Notes: generated by a model from the letters alone, not told the origin. Shown: positions 11,060 through 21,460, counted from the stretch's first letter. The stretch is DNA of 64,000 nucleotides from an uncultured Dehalococcoidia bacterium (GCA_958296445.1 OY282565.1:3936605-4000604); one strand, 5' to 3'. A program made the numbers and translations.

Positions 11060-11295
11060 TGGGCAAGGTGGGATTCTTCGCTTTGCTCAGAATGACGGGG
11101 GGCGCACTGAGAGGGGCGAAAGGGTCTGGCTGGGCAAGGTGGGATTCTTCGCTTTGCTCAGAATGACAGGCATTTGCTCAGAATGACAGACGTTTGCTGG
11201 CGGGGGATGGTTTGCCGCAGGTTTGGGCCGGGGGATGGTTTGCCGCAGGTTTGGGCGGGGGATGGTTTGCCCCCGGTTTGGGCCGGGGGCGGACG
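11060..11295 (+). repeat. Family A units followed by three copies of a ~25-nt tandem repeat (GGGGGATGGTTTGCCGCAGGTTTGGGC)
   Basis: Direct reading. Confidence 0.8.
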
Positions 11296-11299
11296 TGGG

Positions 11300-12892
11300 T
11301 TAGTGGGACTCGAAGATTTGTTGGAATTGGGCTATTTTGGCGGCGGTGGCGTTGCGCTCGGATTTGGATGGGTTTTTGGGGTTGCGGGCTTTGGGGAGGC
11401 GGCCTAGCTTTAGTAGGGCGGCTATTAGCAGGAGGCGGGCTTTGTTGCAGTCTAGGTTGCTGCCGGCGATGGTTAGGTCGTCCCAGCCGCTGGGGACGCG
11501 GCCGCCGGGGTCGGAGCGGCCTACTCTTGCCACCGGCATACCGCTGAAGGTTGCGATTTCTAGGGCTTTGTGCTGGGACATTGAGGCTAGGCCGTAGGGG
11601 GAGGAACCTTCCAGGACGAAGCCGTGGAGTTTGGGGGTTTGCGGGTCGCTGCCGGTTTGTTGCTCGAGGGCTTTGGCGATTCGGGCCATAATGTCTACTT
11701 CGTTGTCGGGGTTGGCGGTTTCGTCCTCGTCCATATAGGCGCCGTATTTGACTATGTGGACTCGGGGGATGCTTTCGGGCCGCAGGGCGCCGTTGCCGTC
11801 TTTTACGGGTATGGTGATTTGGGCGGCGTCACCGGCGAAATCGGGGAAACGGAGTTCGGCGGGCAGGCGGGACAGGTTTACGTCGGAGGCGGCGGTGTGG
11901 CGGTAGGCGGGCTTGTACCAGACGGTTACGGGGGGGCCGACGGTGCCTAGGATTCCGCCGTGGCCGCCGGTGGCTTTGTAGTTGCCGGGGCGGTCGTCGG
12001 CTTTCTTAAATTCGCGGGCGGCGTAGATTCGCTCGTCTTGGACGCCTACGGCGCCGATGCCGCGGCCTAGGCCGGACAGCACGAAGTCGGCGGCGTCTAC
12101 GATGTTGCGGTCGCCGTCGTTGGCTAACTGGCCGTGGGTGCGCTGGGACGCGATGCCGGCGATGGGCAGTTCGGTGTCAATGAGCAGGCTGAGCCAGTAG
12201 ATGGTTTCCTCTACGGTGGGGCTGCCCTCTAGCCAGAGGCCGCCGGCGTAATGCCCGGAGTTCATCGCGGCCTGCACCGAGTTGGCTACGTGGGCCAGGT
12301 CTTGGTATCGGGGGGAGCGGCGGATGGCGAGGGGTTTGTAGGGGAAAAAGTCCGTTCCCGATTTTTCGCCCTTTTGGGTGTAGCCGCCGGGGGGGAGGAC
12401 GCGGATAAAGTCGAAGTCGGCTTTGCGGTTCAGGGGGTTTGCTTCGCCGGATTCGTCGCGGCCGGGGATGGTGCGGTCAATGTCGGCGAAGATGCGGGAA
12501 GCGTCGGGGTAAAAGAACTGCCGGCCGCCGAAGTCGAGGGACGGGTCGGATAGGTCGGCGTCCTCGAAGGGCTGGCCGTGGGGGGAGCCGTTGGCCCGCC
12601 GCGCTACGTAGGGCAGGGGGTAGGGGCCGTCCTCGGGGAGCAATTCTACTTCGTAGTAGTCTTTTCCGTCTTGATGGTAGACGGTTGCGGCGTCCTGCTC
12701 TAGGGGGTGGGCGGTGTATTTCCTTATTTTGACGGTTACCGGCTCGTGAAGGGTTTGGGCTACTAGGTGGTCGTATTGGCCGGGCAGGGTGCGTTCCTGG
12801 GGCAGCCTGCCTTTGTTGCCGGTGACTAGGGTGGGGGAGTTGGCGATGGTGGCGCGAGGGCCGGAGAATACGGCTATTTTGGCGCGGGGCAT
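11300..12892 (-). CDS. Asparaginase/glutaminase-like protein with divergent motifs
   Basis: SGPRATIAN, EGSPTVEETIYWL, DGDRNIVDA, GSNLDCNKARLLL. Confidence 0.7.
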   Translation of the reverse strand: MPRAKIAVFSGPRATIANSPTLVTGNKGRLPQERTLPGQYDHLVAQTLHEPVTVKIRKYTAHPLEQDAATVYHQDGKDYYEVELLPEDGPYPLPYVARRANGSPHGQPFEDADLSDPSLDFGGRQFFYPDASRIFADIDRTIPGRDESGEANPLNRKADFDFIRVLPPGGYTQKGEKSGTDFFPYKPLAIRRSPRYQDLAHVANSVQAAMNSGHYAGGLWLEGSPTVEETIYWLSLLIDTELPIAGIASQRTHGQLANDGDRNIVDAADFVLSGLGRGIGAVGVQDERIYAAREFKKADDRPGNYKATGGHGGILGTVGPPVTVWYKPAYRHTAASDVNLSRLPAELRFPDFAGDAAQITIPVKDGNGALRPESIPRVHIVKYGAYMDEDETANPDNEVDIMARIAKALEQQTGSDPQTPKLHGFVLEGSSPYGLASMSQHKALEIATFSGMPVARVGRSDPGGRVPSGWDDLTIAGSNLDCNKARLLLIAALLKLGRLPKARNPKNPSKSERNATAAKIAQFQQIFESH

Positions 12893-13019
12893 TTTTCACT
12901 CCTTATGTTTGGGGTTGTGTTCTTGGGCGTTGGGTTTGTTGGGGGTTTCTTGTTGGGTTAGCCCAATCTATACTGAAACGGGCGGTTTTTGTAGAGTGTT
13001 GACGGCGTTTTGGGTAGGG

Positions 13020-13435
13020 TGGGGGATTCTTCGCTTTGCTCAGAATGACAGGGGGCGCTCAGAGTGACAGGGGGCGGGAGGGAATTTCGCAATTTCTGTC
13101 AATTTGTCTGAATCAGGATTTTCAGGATTAGAGGATTTGCCGGATGGGGGGATTCCCTTTTGGGGACTTGAGCAAAGGGAAGGGTCTGGCGGCCCTAGGC
13201 GGGATTCTTCGCTTTGCTCAGAATGACAGGGGGGTGGGCGGGCAGGTGCTAGGGCGCACGGCTGTGCGCCCCTACGGGGGTTATTAACGGCGGCCCAAGG
13301 CGGGATTCTTCGCTTTGCTCAGAATGACAGGGGGGCGGGCGGGCAGGTGCTAGGGCGCACGGCTGTGCGCCCCTACGGGGGTTATTAACGGCGGCCCAAG
13401 GCGGGTTCTTCGCTTTGCTCAGAATGACAAGTGAC
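13020..13435 (+). repeat. Composite cluster of families A, B and C with a 101-nt A+C unit
   Basis: Family A cores at about 13203, 13304 and 13405 alternate with GGGCGCACGGCTGTGCGCCCCTAC. Confidence 0.9.
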
Positions 13436-13499
13436 AGGCAACGGTTTTTGTAGGCTGTTGACGGCGTTTTAGACAGGTTGGGTTGTAAGGAGGCCCTGT

Positions 13500-15494
13500 A
13501 TGACTACTTTGGGGACAGGCGCAGGCCAGTCGGTTCGGGTTGAGGCTTTGCCCGGTGGGGGTGGGCATCCGCTTGACCCCTTGAGTGCGGGGGAGATTGA
13601 GCGGGCGGTGGCGGTGCTGCGGGCGGAGCGGCAGTTGGGGGATAGGGTGCGGTTTGAGTCGGTGGAGTTGAGAGAGCCGGGTAAGGATGGGGATTTTAGC
13701 CGCAACGGGGGGATGACGGCGGGTAAGGATGGGGGCATTGGCCGCAACGGGGGGACGGGGGGTAGGGAGGCGTTTGTTATTTTGCTGGACAACGATACGG
13801 GGGCGACTTATGAGGCGGTGGTTGGGCTGGAGGCGGGGGATGTTACGGGGTGGGCGCAGATTCACGGGGTGCAGCCGCGGTTGATGCTGGATGAGTTTTT
13901 TGAGTGCGAGCAGGCGGTGAAGGAGTCGCCGGAGTTCCGGGCGGCGCTGCGGAAACGGGGGATTGTTGACACGGGTTTGGTGATGGTTGATTCGTGGCCG
14001 GCGGGCAATTATGGGGTGGCGGAAGAAGAGGGGATGCGCCTTTCTTTCGCCCGCAGTTGGCTCCGGGCCAGCCCGACGGATAACGGGTACGCCCGGCCTA
14101 TTGAGGGCGTTATCGCGGTGGTTGACCTTAACGCGATGCGGGTAATCAGGGTTGACGACCATGGCGTGGTGCCTATGCCGCCCAATGACGGCAATTATGC
14201 CGCGGAGTTCGCGGCGGGGTTTCGCACGGGGCTGAAGCCGCTGGATATTGTGCAGCCCGAGGGGCCTAGCTTCAGCGTTGACGGGAATCTGGTAGCGTGG
14301 CAGAAGTGGAGCTTCCGGGTGGGGTATACGCGGCGGGAGGGGCTGGTGTTGCATGGCGTCAGCTACGAAGATCAGGGGCGGGAGCGGCCGATTATTCATA
14401 GGGCTTCGCTGGCGGAGCTGGTGGTGCCTTACGGCGACCCGGCGGAAAAGAATTTCCGCAAGAACGCCTTTGATGTGGGCGAGGCCGGGATAGGCAGTCT
14501 TGCCAATTCGCTGACTCTGGGCTGCGACTGCTTGGGGCAGATTTACTATTTTGACGCGGCGCTGAATAACAGCCGGGGCGAGCCGACGCAGATTCCTAAC
14601 GCCGTGTGCCTGCACGAGGAGGATTTCGGGATTCTGTGGAAGCATACGGACTGGCGCACGGGGCAAGTGGAGGTGCGCCGTTCCCGGCGGCTGGTCATAT
14701 CATTCATCACCACGGTGGGCAACTACGAATACGGCTTTTTCTGGTACTTGTATCAGGACGGCGGCATTGAGTTTCAGGTGAAGCTGACCGGCATCGTGAA
14801 CAATATGGCGGTGGCGCCGGGGGAGGTTCCCAAGTACGGGGCTTTGATAGCGCCGCAGTTGGGGGGGCATATCCACCAGCACTTTTTCAGCGTGCGGCTG
14901 GATATGAGCGTGGACGGCCCCAATAATTCGGTGTATGAGGTCAATACTAGGGCGGAACCGATGGGGCCGGACAATCCGCAGGGCAATGCGTTTTTCGCGG
15001 AAAGGACGCTTCTGGCGACGGAGGCCGAGGCGCAGCGCACGGTTGAACCTTTGACCGGGCGGCACTGGCTGATTGTTAATCCGTCGGTGAATAATTATCT
15101 GGGGCAGCCGGTGGGCTATAAGCTGGTTCCGGGGGAAAACATTTTGCCCTTTGCTCACCCGGAGGCCAGCGTGTCGAAGCGGGCGGCTTTCGCGCGAAAG
15201 CATCTTTGGGTGACGCCGTACCACCCGGAGGAAATGGCCCCGGCCGGGCCGTATCCGAACCAGCACCCCGGCGGCGCGGGGCTGCCGGAGTGGACTAGGG
15301 GCAACCGCAGCGTGGAGAATACCGACTTGGTGGTGTGGTATACGTTTGGCAGCCATCACGTGCCGCGGCCCGAGGACTGGCCGGTGATGCCGGTGATGTA
15401 TACCGGGTTCAAGTTGATGCCGTCGGGGTTTTTCGACCGGAATCCGGCTTTGGATGTGCCGCCGTCGGGGCAGGGTGATGGGCATTGCCATTAG
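13500..15494 (+). CDS. tynA: Copper-containing primary amine oxidase
   Basis: TPQ consensus TVGNYEYG; HIHQHFF and HHVPRPEDWPVMP copper ligands; HPLDPL N-terminus; AGGAGG RBS. Confidence 0.92.
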   Translation: MTTLGTGAGQSVRVEALPGGGGHPLDPLSAGEIERAVAVLRAERQLGDRVRFESVELREPGKDGDFSRNGGMTAGKDGGIGRNGGTGGREAFVILLDNDTGATYEAVVGLEAGDVTGWAQIHGVQPRLMLDEFFECEQAVKESPEFRAALRKRGIVDTGLVMVDSWPAGNYGVAEEEGMRLSFARSWLRASPTDNGYARPIEGVIAVVDLNAMRVIRVDDHGVVPMPPNDGNYAAEFAAGFRTGLKPLDIVQPEGPSFSVDGNLVAWQKWSFRVGYTRREGLVLHGVSYEDQGRERPIIHRASLAELVVPYGDPAEKNFRKNAFDVGEAGIGSLANSLTLGCDCLGQIYYFDAALNNSRGEPTQIPNAVCLHEEDFGILWKHTDWRTGQVEVRRSRRLVISFITTVGNYEYGFFWYLYQDGGIEFQVKLTGIVNNMAVAPGEVPKYGALIAPQLGGHIHQHFFSVRLDMSVDGPNNSVYEVNTRAEPMGPDNPQGNAFFAERTLLATEAEAQRTVEPLTGRHWLIVNPSVNNYLGQPVGYKLVPGENILPFAHPEASVSKRAAFARKHLWVTPYHPEEMAPAGPYPNQHPGGAGLPEWTRGNRSVENTDLVVWYTFGSHHVPRPEDWPVMPVMYTGFKLMPSGFFDRNPALDVPPSGQGDGHCH

Positions 15495-15870
15495 GTTGTC
15501 TGAATTGGGATTTTCGGGATGGGGGGGATTCTGGTTCGGGGGAATTGCGGGGTTTTCTGTCAATTTGTCTGAATCAGGATTTTCAGGATTAGAGGATTTA
15601 CGGGATTGGGGGGAATCCTGAAAATCTTTTAATCCGGTAAATCCTGATTCAGACAGATGGGTCTGGCGGCCCAAGGCGGGATTCTTCGCTTTGCTCAGAA
15701 TGACAGGGGGGCGCTCAGAATGACGGGGGATGCTTAGGGTGACATACGGCGTTTTCTTTTGCGGCCAGGTGCTAGGGCGCACGGCTGTGCGCCCCTACGG
15801 GTGTTATTGACGGCGGGCTTGGGCGGGGTTCTTCGCTTTGCTCAGAATGACGGGGCGGCCAGAATGACCC
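15495..15870 (+). repeat. Composite cluster of families B, A and C
   Basis: Inverted family B pair GTCTGAATCAGGATTT...AAATCCTGATTCAGAC plus A and C units. Confidence 0.9.
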
Positions 15871-15876
15871 TGGGGG

Positions 15877-17340
15877 TTAGGGGCGGGATTGGAGTTGTTG
15901 TTGGGCGGTGTTGGCTTGGCGGCGTTGGGTGTTGGCGTTGGCGCGTTCTTGGTCGGCGGCTATGAATGGGGCTGTGGTGAAGGGGCGCCAGGTGTTGTAT
16001 AGGGCGCGGATGGCGGCGGCTTCGCGGGCGGCGGCTTCGGTTAGCAGGGTTTGTATGGGGAGGAGGAAACCGGATTGGGGGAGGTTGCGGACTTGGCGGG
16101 ACAGGTTGTTGGCGCGTTGGCTGAATTGGTTTAGGGATTGGATGGTTTCTACCCGGTCGCAGCCGCCGTCGGTTCGGCGCCAGTCGTTGTAGCGTTGATG
16201 GAAAGCGTCCCATTCGGTTATCAGACGGTTGTATTGGGCCTCAAAGTCTTTGACGTCGGCTAGGTTCTGCTCCGATTTGTCCTCGGTGACGGTTTCTATG
16301 GAGTGGCGGGCTTTTTCTAGGGCGGCTTGGCTTTCGGTGGCGGCGGCGTCGGCGGCGTCCCATAGCGGGCCGCCGCGTTGTTGGGCGGGCGGCGGTTCGG
16401 CGTTGGGGGGCGGTTCGGGGCTTTCCGGTGCTTCGTCGGGGGAAAGGGGCGGTTCGCCGGGTTCCGGTTCCGGTTCGGGGGCGGGCGCGGCGGCTGTGGC
16501 GGCGAGAAATTCCGACAGGTTTGACAGGGCGGCGAGCTGGGCGTCGGCGGCCTGACGGAGCGGCTCAATTACGCTGGCGGTGGTATCGGTTGGCTGTAGC
16601 CCGGCTAGGGTGTCGGCTAGGTCGCGCAGTTGCCGGATGAGGGAGTTGTAGCGGGCGATTAGGTCGGGGATTTCCAGCCCGTCCTCTTGGCTTCGCAGGG
16701 TGGCATAGGCATCGTGGAAGTTGCTCCAGGATTCCTTGATGGAGTCGAAAGTCGGGGAAAACGCTTTCATTTCCGCGACTTCGGCGGCGGTGGGGCTGTC
16801 GGCTAATTCCTCTTTCAGCTCTAGGGTGCGGTCTTGGGCGTTCTTTTGGGCGCGGGCGGCGTCGGAACGCAGGCGTTCTACGGTCTCAAACAGGGAGACG
16901 TTGTTGGGCTGCCAGTAATCGCGCAGTTGGCGGTAGGCGGCTTCCTCGGCTTCGGCGGCCTGTATCAGCAGGTCGGCCAGCTCGCGGGTGCTGGAGGCTC
17001 GGGGGAGGTTTTGGGCCTGGGCGGTGATGGCGTTGGAGTCGGCGGCGAAATCGCGCAGGGCTTCTTGGGCCGCGCTGGGGTGGCAGGCGGTCAAGCCGGA
17101 ACGCCAGTCGTCAAACTCTTGGTATAGCATATCCCGTTCTTGGCTGATGCTCCGGCGGCGTTCTGCGAACTCGGCGATGGCCTCGCGCTCGTCGGCGGTC
17201 AGGGGGCGGGCGGTTTGGGGCGCGGGTGGGGACGGCGGGGCCGGGGCCGCGGGGGTGGGCGCGTCGCTAGTCTGTTGGCAGGCGAGCAGCAGCAGGAGCA
17301 GGGCAAGCAGGAAAAGCCGGGGGCCGAATCGCGCCTTCAT
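15877..17340 (-). CDS. Helical/coiled-coil lipoprotein, unknown function
   Basis: Signal peptide with LLAC lipobox; internal similarity (FDDWRSGLTAC / YNDWRRTDGGC; YWQP / TWRP). Confidence 0.75.
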   Translation of the reverse strand: MKARFGPRLFLLALLLLLLACQQTSDAPTPAAPAPPSPPAPQTARPLTADEREAIAEFAERRRSISQERDMLYQEFDDWRSGLTACHPSAAQEALRDFAADSNAITAQAQNLPRASSTRELADLLIQAAEAEEAAYRQLRDYWQPNNVSLFETVERLRSDAARAQKNAQDRTLELKEELADSPTAAEVAEMKAFSPTFDSIKESWSNFHDAYATLRSQEDGLEIPDLIARYNSLIRQLRDLADTLAGLQPTDTTASVIEPLRQAADAQLAALSNLSEFLAATAAAPAPEPEPEPGEPPLSPDEAPESPEPPPNAEPPPAQQRGGPLWDAADAAATESQAALEKARHSIETVTEDKSEQNLADVKDFEAQYNRLITEWDAFHQRYNDWRRTDGGCDRVETIQSLNQFSQRANNLSRQVRNLPQSGFLLPIQTLLTEAAAREAAAIRALYNTWRPFTTAPFIAADQERANANTQRRQANTAQQQLQSRP

Positions 17341-17343
17341 AAA

Positions 17344-18723
17344 TTACTTTCGCACCCCCACAAAATCGCTCACTAGGTTGCCGCGAAATTCGCCGGAAAA
17401 GAGGCTGATTACGGCGTTGGACAGGGTTTCCGGGGTGTCGGCCAGCACGGTCAGGGCATAGCGGGACTGGCTGCGGTCAAGCACGATGATAGCGGTTCCC
17501 GTTAAGTCCAGTTCGGGCGCGAAGAGGGTTCCTAGGGTGTCGTCAACCCGCACTCCGGCGGCTTGCAGGTATTGGCTCACCTGCGGGGCGTCGTCGTACA
17601 GGCCGAGAAACACTGTGTCGCGGCTCAGGTTTTCCGCCGCGCTGATGCGGGAATCCAGCCGGTAGGATGACAGGCCGTTTTTGAGTTGCAGGCCGGTGTT
17701 GAGCAGAGAGGGGCGGCCCAGCAGTATGTCTACGCCGCCGTCTGCGCCGTTTTGGTAGAAATGGGGGAAGTCGGACAGGTCGAACACCCTTTCGCTGTTG
17801 GTTAGGTAGTCGGCTATGTTGGACAGGAGCTTGCCGTTGTCGAGCAGGGCGTCTTGGGGGGGAACCATAAAGGTGAGGTCGGCGATAGCCAGCACGTTGC
17901 GGCTGTTGCCCCAGGCCATAGGCCAGAGTTCGGCGGCGCCTTCGAGCAGCGAGGAGCGGGTGTTGGCGTCGGCGAAGGCCAGTCCGGGGCCCGGGGAGCG
18001 GATGGAGCCGGCCATATACAGGGTTACGGTTTCCACGCCGGCGGTGAGGCGGCCGGGCTGGAAATCCCTTATCAGGATGTGGCGGAAATTCAGGTCGTTC
18101 TCCACGGTGTTATAGAGGTAGTCGGGCTGAAAATCCAGCCCGAACCGCTGGGCGAGGGTGTTTATGCGCTGGGGGCGGGAAGGGTCGGAGACGAGCAGCA
18201 GTTTGCCGCCTTTGTTCACGAACCGCCGCACGAGGGCGGATTCGGCTTCGGAGTAAGGATCCTGGGGCAGGATGACGGCGAAACTGTCGGCGCGGCGCAG
18301 CTTTTGCTCTAGCAGGAGCAACCGGGTTTGTGGGTCGGGCGGGGCGGTAAGCTCGGCGACGGCGGTAAGCTCCGCTTCGGCGCCGGTGAAAGCGCCCCCT
18401 AAATCGCCGACGAATTCTACGTCGTATCCCCGGTCGGCTGTCTTGGATATAAGGCTGATGATTTCGCTTTTCAGGAAGGCGTTGTTGTGCAGGCCGTCTA
18501 TCAGCAGCAGCCCTTGGCGCGGCGGGGCTGCCGGTTCATCACTAGACGGGCCGGGGCCGGACGGGTTGGCCGGGACGCCTACGGGGGCGGGTATCTGGTG
18601 AAAGGGGACGTCGGCGGCGGGCGGCGGGTCGTAGCGCCCGGGGTAAAAGAAAAGGAACGCGCCCGCAAAAGAGGCCGCGGCGAATACCGGCAGCAGGGCG
18701 AATATGCCTAGTCTAAGGAGCAT
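17344..18723 (-). CDS. Membrane-anchored protein with a GldG/DUF4350-like domain
   Basis: N-terminal TM; LIDGLHNN, FVNKGGKLLLVSDP, DNGKLLSNIADYL; overlaps the sppA end. Confidence 0.65.
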   Translation of the reverse strand: MLLRLGIFALLPVFAAASFAGAFLFFYPGRYDPPPAADVPFHQIPAPVGVPANPSGPGPSSDEPAAPPRQGLLLIDGLHNNAFLKSEIISLISKTADRGYDVEFVGDLGGAFTGAEAELTAVAELTAPPDPQTRLLLLEQKLRRADSFAVILPQDPYSEAESALVRRFVNKGGKLLLVSDPSRPQRINTLAQRFGLDFQPDYLYNTVENDLNFRHILIRDFQPGRLTAGVETVTLYMAGSIRSPGPGLAFADANTRSSLLEGAAELWPMAWGNSRNVLAIADLTFMVPPQDALLDNGKLLSNIADYLTNSERVFDLSDFPHFYQNGADGGVDILLGRPSLLNTGLQLKNGLSSYRLDSRISAAENLSRDTVFLGLYDDAPQVSQYLQAAGVRVDDTLGTLFAPELDLTGTAIIVLDRSQSRYALTVLADTPETLSNAVISLFSGEFRGNLVSDFVGVRK

Positions 18724-19768
18724 TTCCGACGTACAGGTAATAGAGATTGGGGCGGTTTATGTCCATTGGGAAGTCCGGCAGGGGGTTTTCGGGGGCGGCG
18801 CCCAGCCTGCCGTAGAGCATCAGTCCTCGCAGGGCCTGGAGTCTGGTCAGGCTGCCGCCGGATTCGCCGGTGAGGGTTTGGTTGGCGGGGTTTTCGCCGT
18901 TGTAGACGCTAGAATGCTGGGCCGCCGGGGGGGATTGGGACAAGGCGGCGGCGGCGGCTTGGGCGTCCGACGACGGGAGGATGTCGTTCAGGTTTTGGAT
19001 GATTTCGCGCAGCACCTCGAGATTTACGTCTACTAGGCTGTAGCGGGAGATTCCAGCCAGTTCCGCCGCCTTTTGGAAGGCGTGGCTGTCGCCGCCGATT
19101 TCGTCGGCTAGGCCCAGCCGCACGGCGTCCAGGCCCGAGTAGATGCGGCCCTTGGTTAGTTCGTCCTCGGAAATGCGGAGTTTGTTGCCGCGCTCGGTGA
19201 TTACTATTTGGGCGAAGGCGGCGGTGAGTGTTTCGACGGTGCCGATCCATTCGCGGCGGGTGGAGCCGTCGAGCTTGTGGGGGCCGCTGATGACCAGTTC
19301 CTCGCCGGGCAGGGGGGGAATGAGGGGGCCGGAGAAGGTGATTACGCCCACGTTTCCGACCAGCGAGGATGTTTGGGTGTAGGTGTGGGTGGCGCCCATA
19401 GCCATCATATAGCCGCCGCTGGCGGCCATCCCGTTGATAACCAGGACTACGGGTTTTTCTTGGCGCAGTTGGCGGGTTTCGACGTATAGGCGCTCGCTGG
19501 AGGCTGCGCCGCCGCCGGGGCTGCTGAGGCGGATGACTACGGCCTTGATGGAGTCGTCGCGGCGGGCGTGGTTGAGATACTGGCTGATGATGTAGGCGGA
19601 TTCCTCGGTTATGACGGTGAAAGGGACGTCGATGACGCCGATTTTGGGGGTGCCCGGGACGGCGTAGAGGAATATCAGCAGGCCGGCGGCCACGCCTAAA
19701 CCGGCCATCGCCGGGGCGATGACGTACCAACTGGTGAGTAGTTTTTTCAGGGCGGAAAGGATGCCCAT
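18713..19768 (-). CDS. sppA: S49 family signal peptide peptidase
   Basis: IKAVVIRLSSPGG, MAASGGY, VGNVGV, GLADEIG. Confidence 0.85.
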   Translation of the reverse strand: MGILSALKKLLTSWYVIAPAMAGLGVAAGLLIFLYAVPGTPKIGVIDVPFTVITEESAYIISQYLNHARRDDSIKAVVIRLSSPGGGAASSERLYVETRQLRQEKPVVLVINGMAASGGYMMAMGATHTYTQTSSLVGNVGVITFSGPLIPPLPGEELVISGPHKLDGSTRREWIGTVETLTAAFAQIVITERGNKLRISEDELTKGRIYSGLDAVRLGLADEIGGDSHAFQKAAELAGISRYSLVDVNLEVLREIIQNLNDILPSSDAQAAAAALSQSPPAAQHSSVYNGENPANQTLTGESGGSLTRLQALRGLMLYGRLGAAPENPLPDFPMDINRPNLYYLYVGNAP

Positions 19769-19859
19769 TGTTCTTAGCCGCAAGTTTTTTGGGGTGTGGG
19801 TGGCTCGGACGCCGCCTTTTTAGTGTATCACGCCTTTGGATGGGGCGGGGGTTTTTGAT

Positions 19860-20226
19860 TTTTTTGTCTGAATCGGGGTTTTCGGGATTAAAGGATTTTC
19901 AGGGGTTGTCTGAATCAGGATTTTCGGGATTAAAGGATTTTCAGGATTCTTCTCAATCCGGTAAATCCCATAATCCGGTGAATCCTGATTCAGACAGATG
20001 GGTTTGGCGGCACAAGGTGAGATTCTTCGCTTTGCTCAGAATGACAGGGGGCTTGCTCGGAATGACAGGCCGGTGAATCCTGATTCAGACAGATGGGGTT
20101 GGTGGCCCAGGGGGATTCTTCGCTTTGCTCAGAATGACAGGGGGGCGCTCAGAGTGACAGGTGGGCGGGATGGCTGACTTGCCGGGGGGACGCCCCCACC
20201 CTAACCCTCCCCCGGAGGGGGAGGGG
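19860..20226 (+). repeat. Composite cluster of families B, A and F
   Basis: B and A units, then GGGGGGACGCCCCCACCCTAACCCTCCCCCGGAGGGGGAGGG (family F). Confidence 0.85.
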
Positions 20227-20341
20227 ATTTTGCGGTGGTGGTGGCGGCGTTGACGCTGTTTGTTGTCGGTGCTAGATTGGGGCGGTGAGCTAATGTGGCG
20301 CCGGTTCCCGCTTTTGTGGGAGTGCGGGCGGGAGGGTTGAA

Positions 20342-21460
20342 ATGGATTTTGGACTTTTCAATACTTGGAACGCTTTGTACGCCGATGGCAAGGTTCCTTG
20401 GGATCCTGATTATAAGGGCGGGAAGCTCTTGGAAGAGGATGCTTACGTCAAGAACTACGAAGAGATTGACGCGGTGGAGGCTATGGGGTGGGATTATGTC
20501 TGGCTGGGCGGGGGGCATTTTTCCAAGCAGGCGAGTATGGATCCGCAGGTGCTTATGCTGGCGGCGGTGATTGCCGAGCGGACTGAGCGCATCAAAATCG
20601 GCTCGTCCATTCACCGGCCGGTGATGCGGCAGGCGGACGAAACGCTGTCGGCGGCGGCTTTGCCTCATGAGCGGTACGGGTTCGACAATTTGATGCTGGA
20701 GGATCCGATTCAGACGGCGGAGCAGGTCGCTATTGTGGACCAGGTGAGCCGGGGGCGGTTTATCTACGGCGCGGGGGGGCGGACTCGGGGTTCGGACGCG
20801 CGGCGGGAGCAGTTTTTCGAGTATCTGGAGGTTATGAAGCAGCTCTGGACGGAGGAGCATTTTTCGGGGTTTGAGGGCAAATACTACAGTTATCCGGCGT
20901 TCTACGAGTCTTATCTGGCGATTCCCAAGCCTTACCAGAAGCCTTATCCGCCGATGTTGCTGCCGGTGGACAGCCAGGAGAGCTTTGTGCCGATGGGGCG
21001 GATGGGCTACCGAATCGCTATCGGCGCGGGAAGCTCGCCCCATAATCCTAGGGGTTCGGCGGTGCTGAAGGAAGACGTGAAGAGCTACCGGCGGGCGTGG
21101 AAGGATGCGGGGCATCCGGGCGACCCGACTACGGTGGTTCGCATACCCACGCTGGTGGCGGAGACGCCGGAAGAGGCTACGCGGCAGACGGAGAATCTGA
21201 TGAGTCTGGCCCGGCGCTACTATTCGGGGCGGGTGGCTATCGGCAGCACCGACGCCGGGACGGCCAGCCCGGAGGCTACCGAGGAAGTGAATTTGTTCGG
21301 GACGCCGGAGGAAGTGGTGGACAAGATCGAGGCGCTGCGGGAGGATTTCAGCACCGACGAAATAATGTTTGAGGTGAACTGGACGTCGTCGGTGCCGCGG
21401 GAGGTGGTGATGACCACTATGCGGTGCCTTACCGACAAGGTGATTCCGCATTTTAAGTAG
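20342..21460 (+). CDS. LLM-class flavin-dependent oxidoreductase
   Basis: GWDYVWLGGGHF, RIKIG, VDQVSRGR, PKPYQKPYPP, GTPEEV. Confidence 0.88.
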   Translation: MDFGLFNTWNALYADGKVPWDPDYKGGKLLEEDAYVKNYEEIDAVEAMGWDYVWLGGGHFSKQASMDPQVLMLAAVIAERTERIKIGSSIHRPVMRQADETLSAAALPHERYGFDNLMLEDPIQTAEQVAIVDQVSRGRFIYGAGGRTRGSDARREQFFEYLEVMKQLWTEEHFSGFEGKYYSYPAFYESYLAIPKPYQKPYPPMLLPVDSQESFVPMGRMGYRIAIGAGSSPHNPRGSAVLKEDVKSYRRAWKDAGHPGDPTTVVRIPTLVAETPEEATRQTENLMSLARRYYSGRVAIGSTDAGTASPEATEEVNLFGTPEEVVDKIEALREDFSTDEIMFEVNWTSSVPREVVMTTMRCLTDKVIPHFK

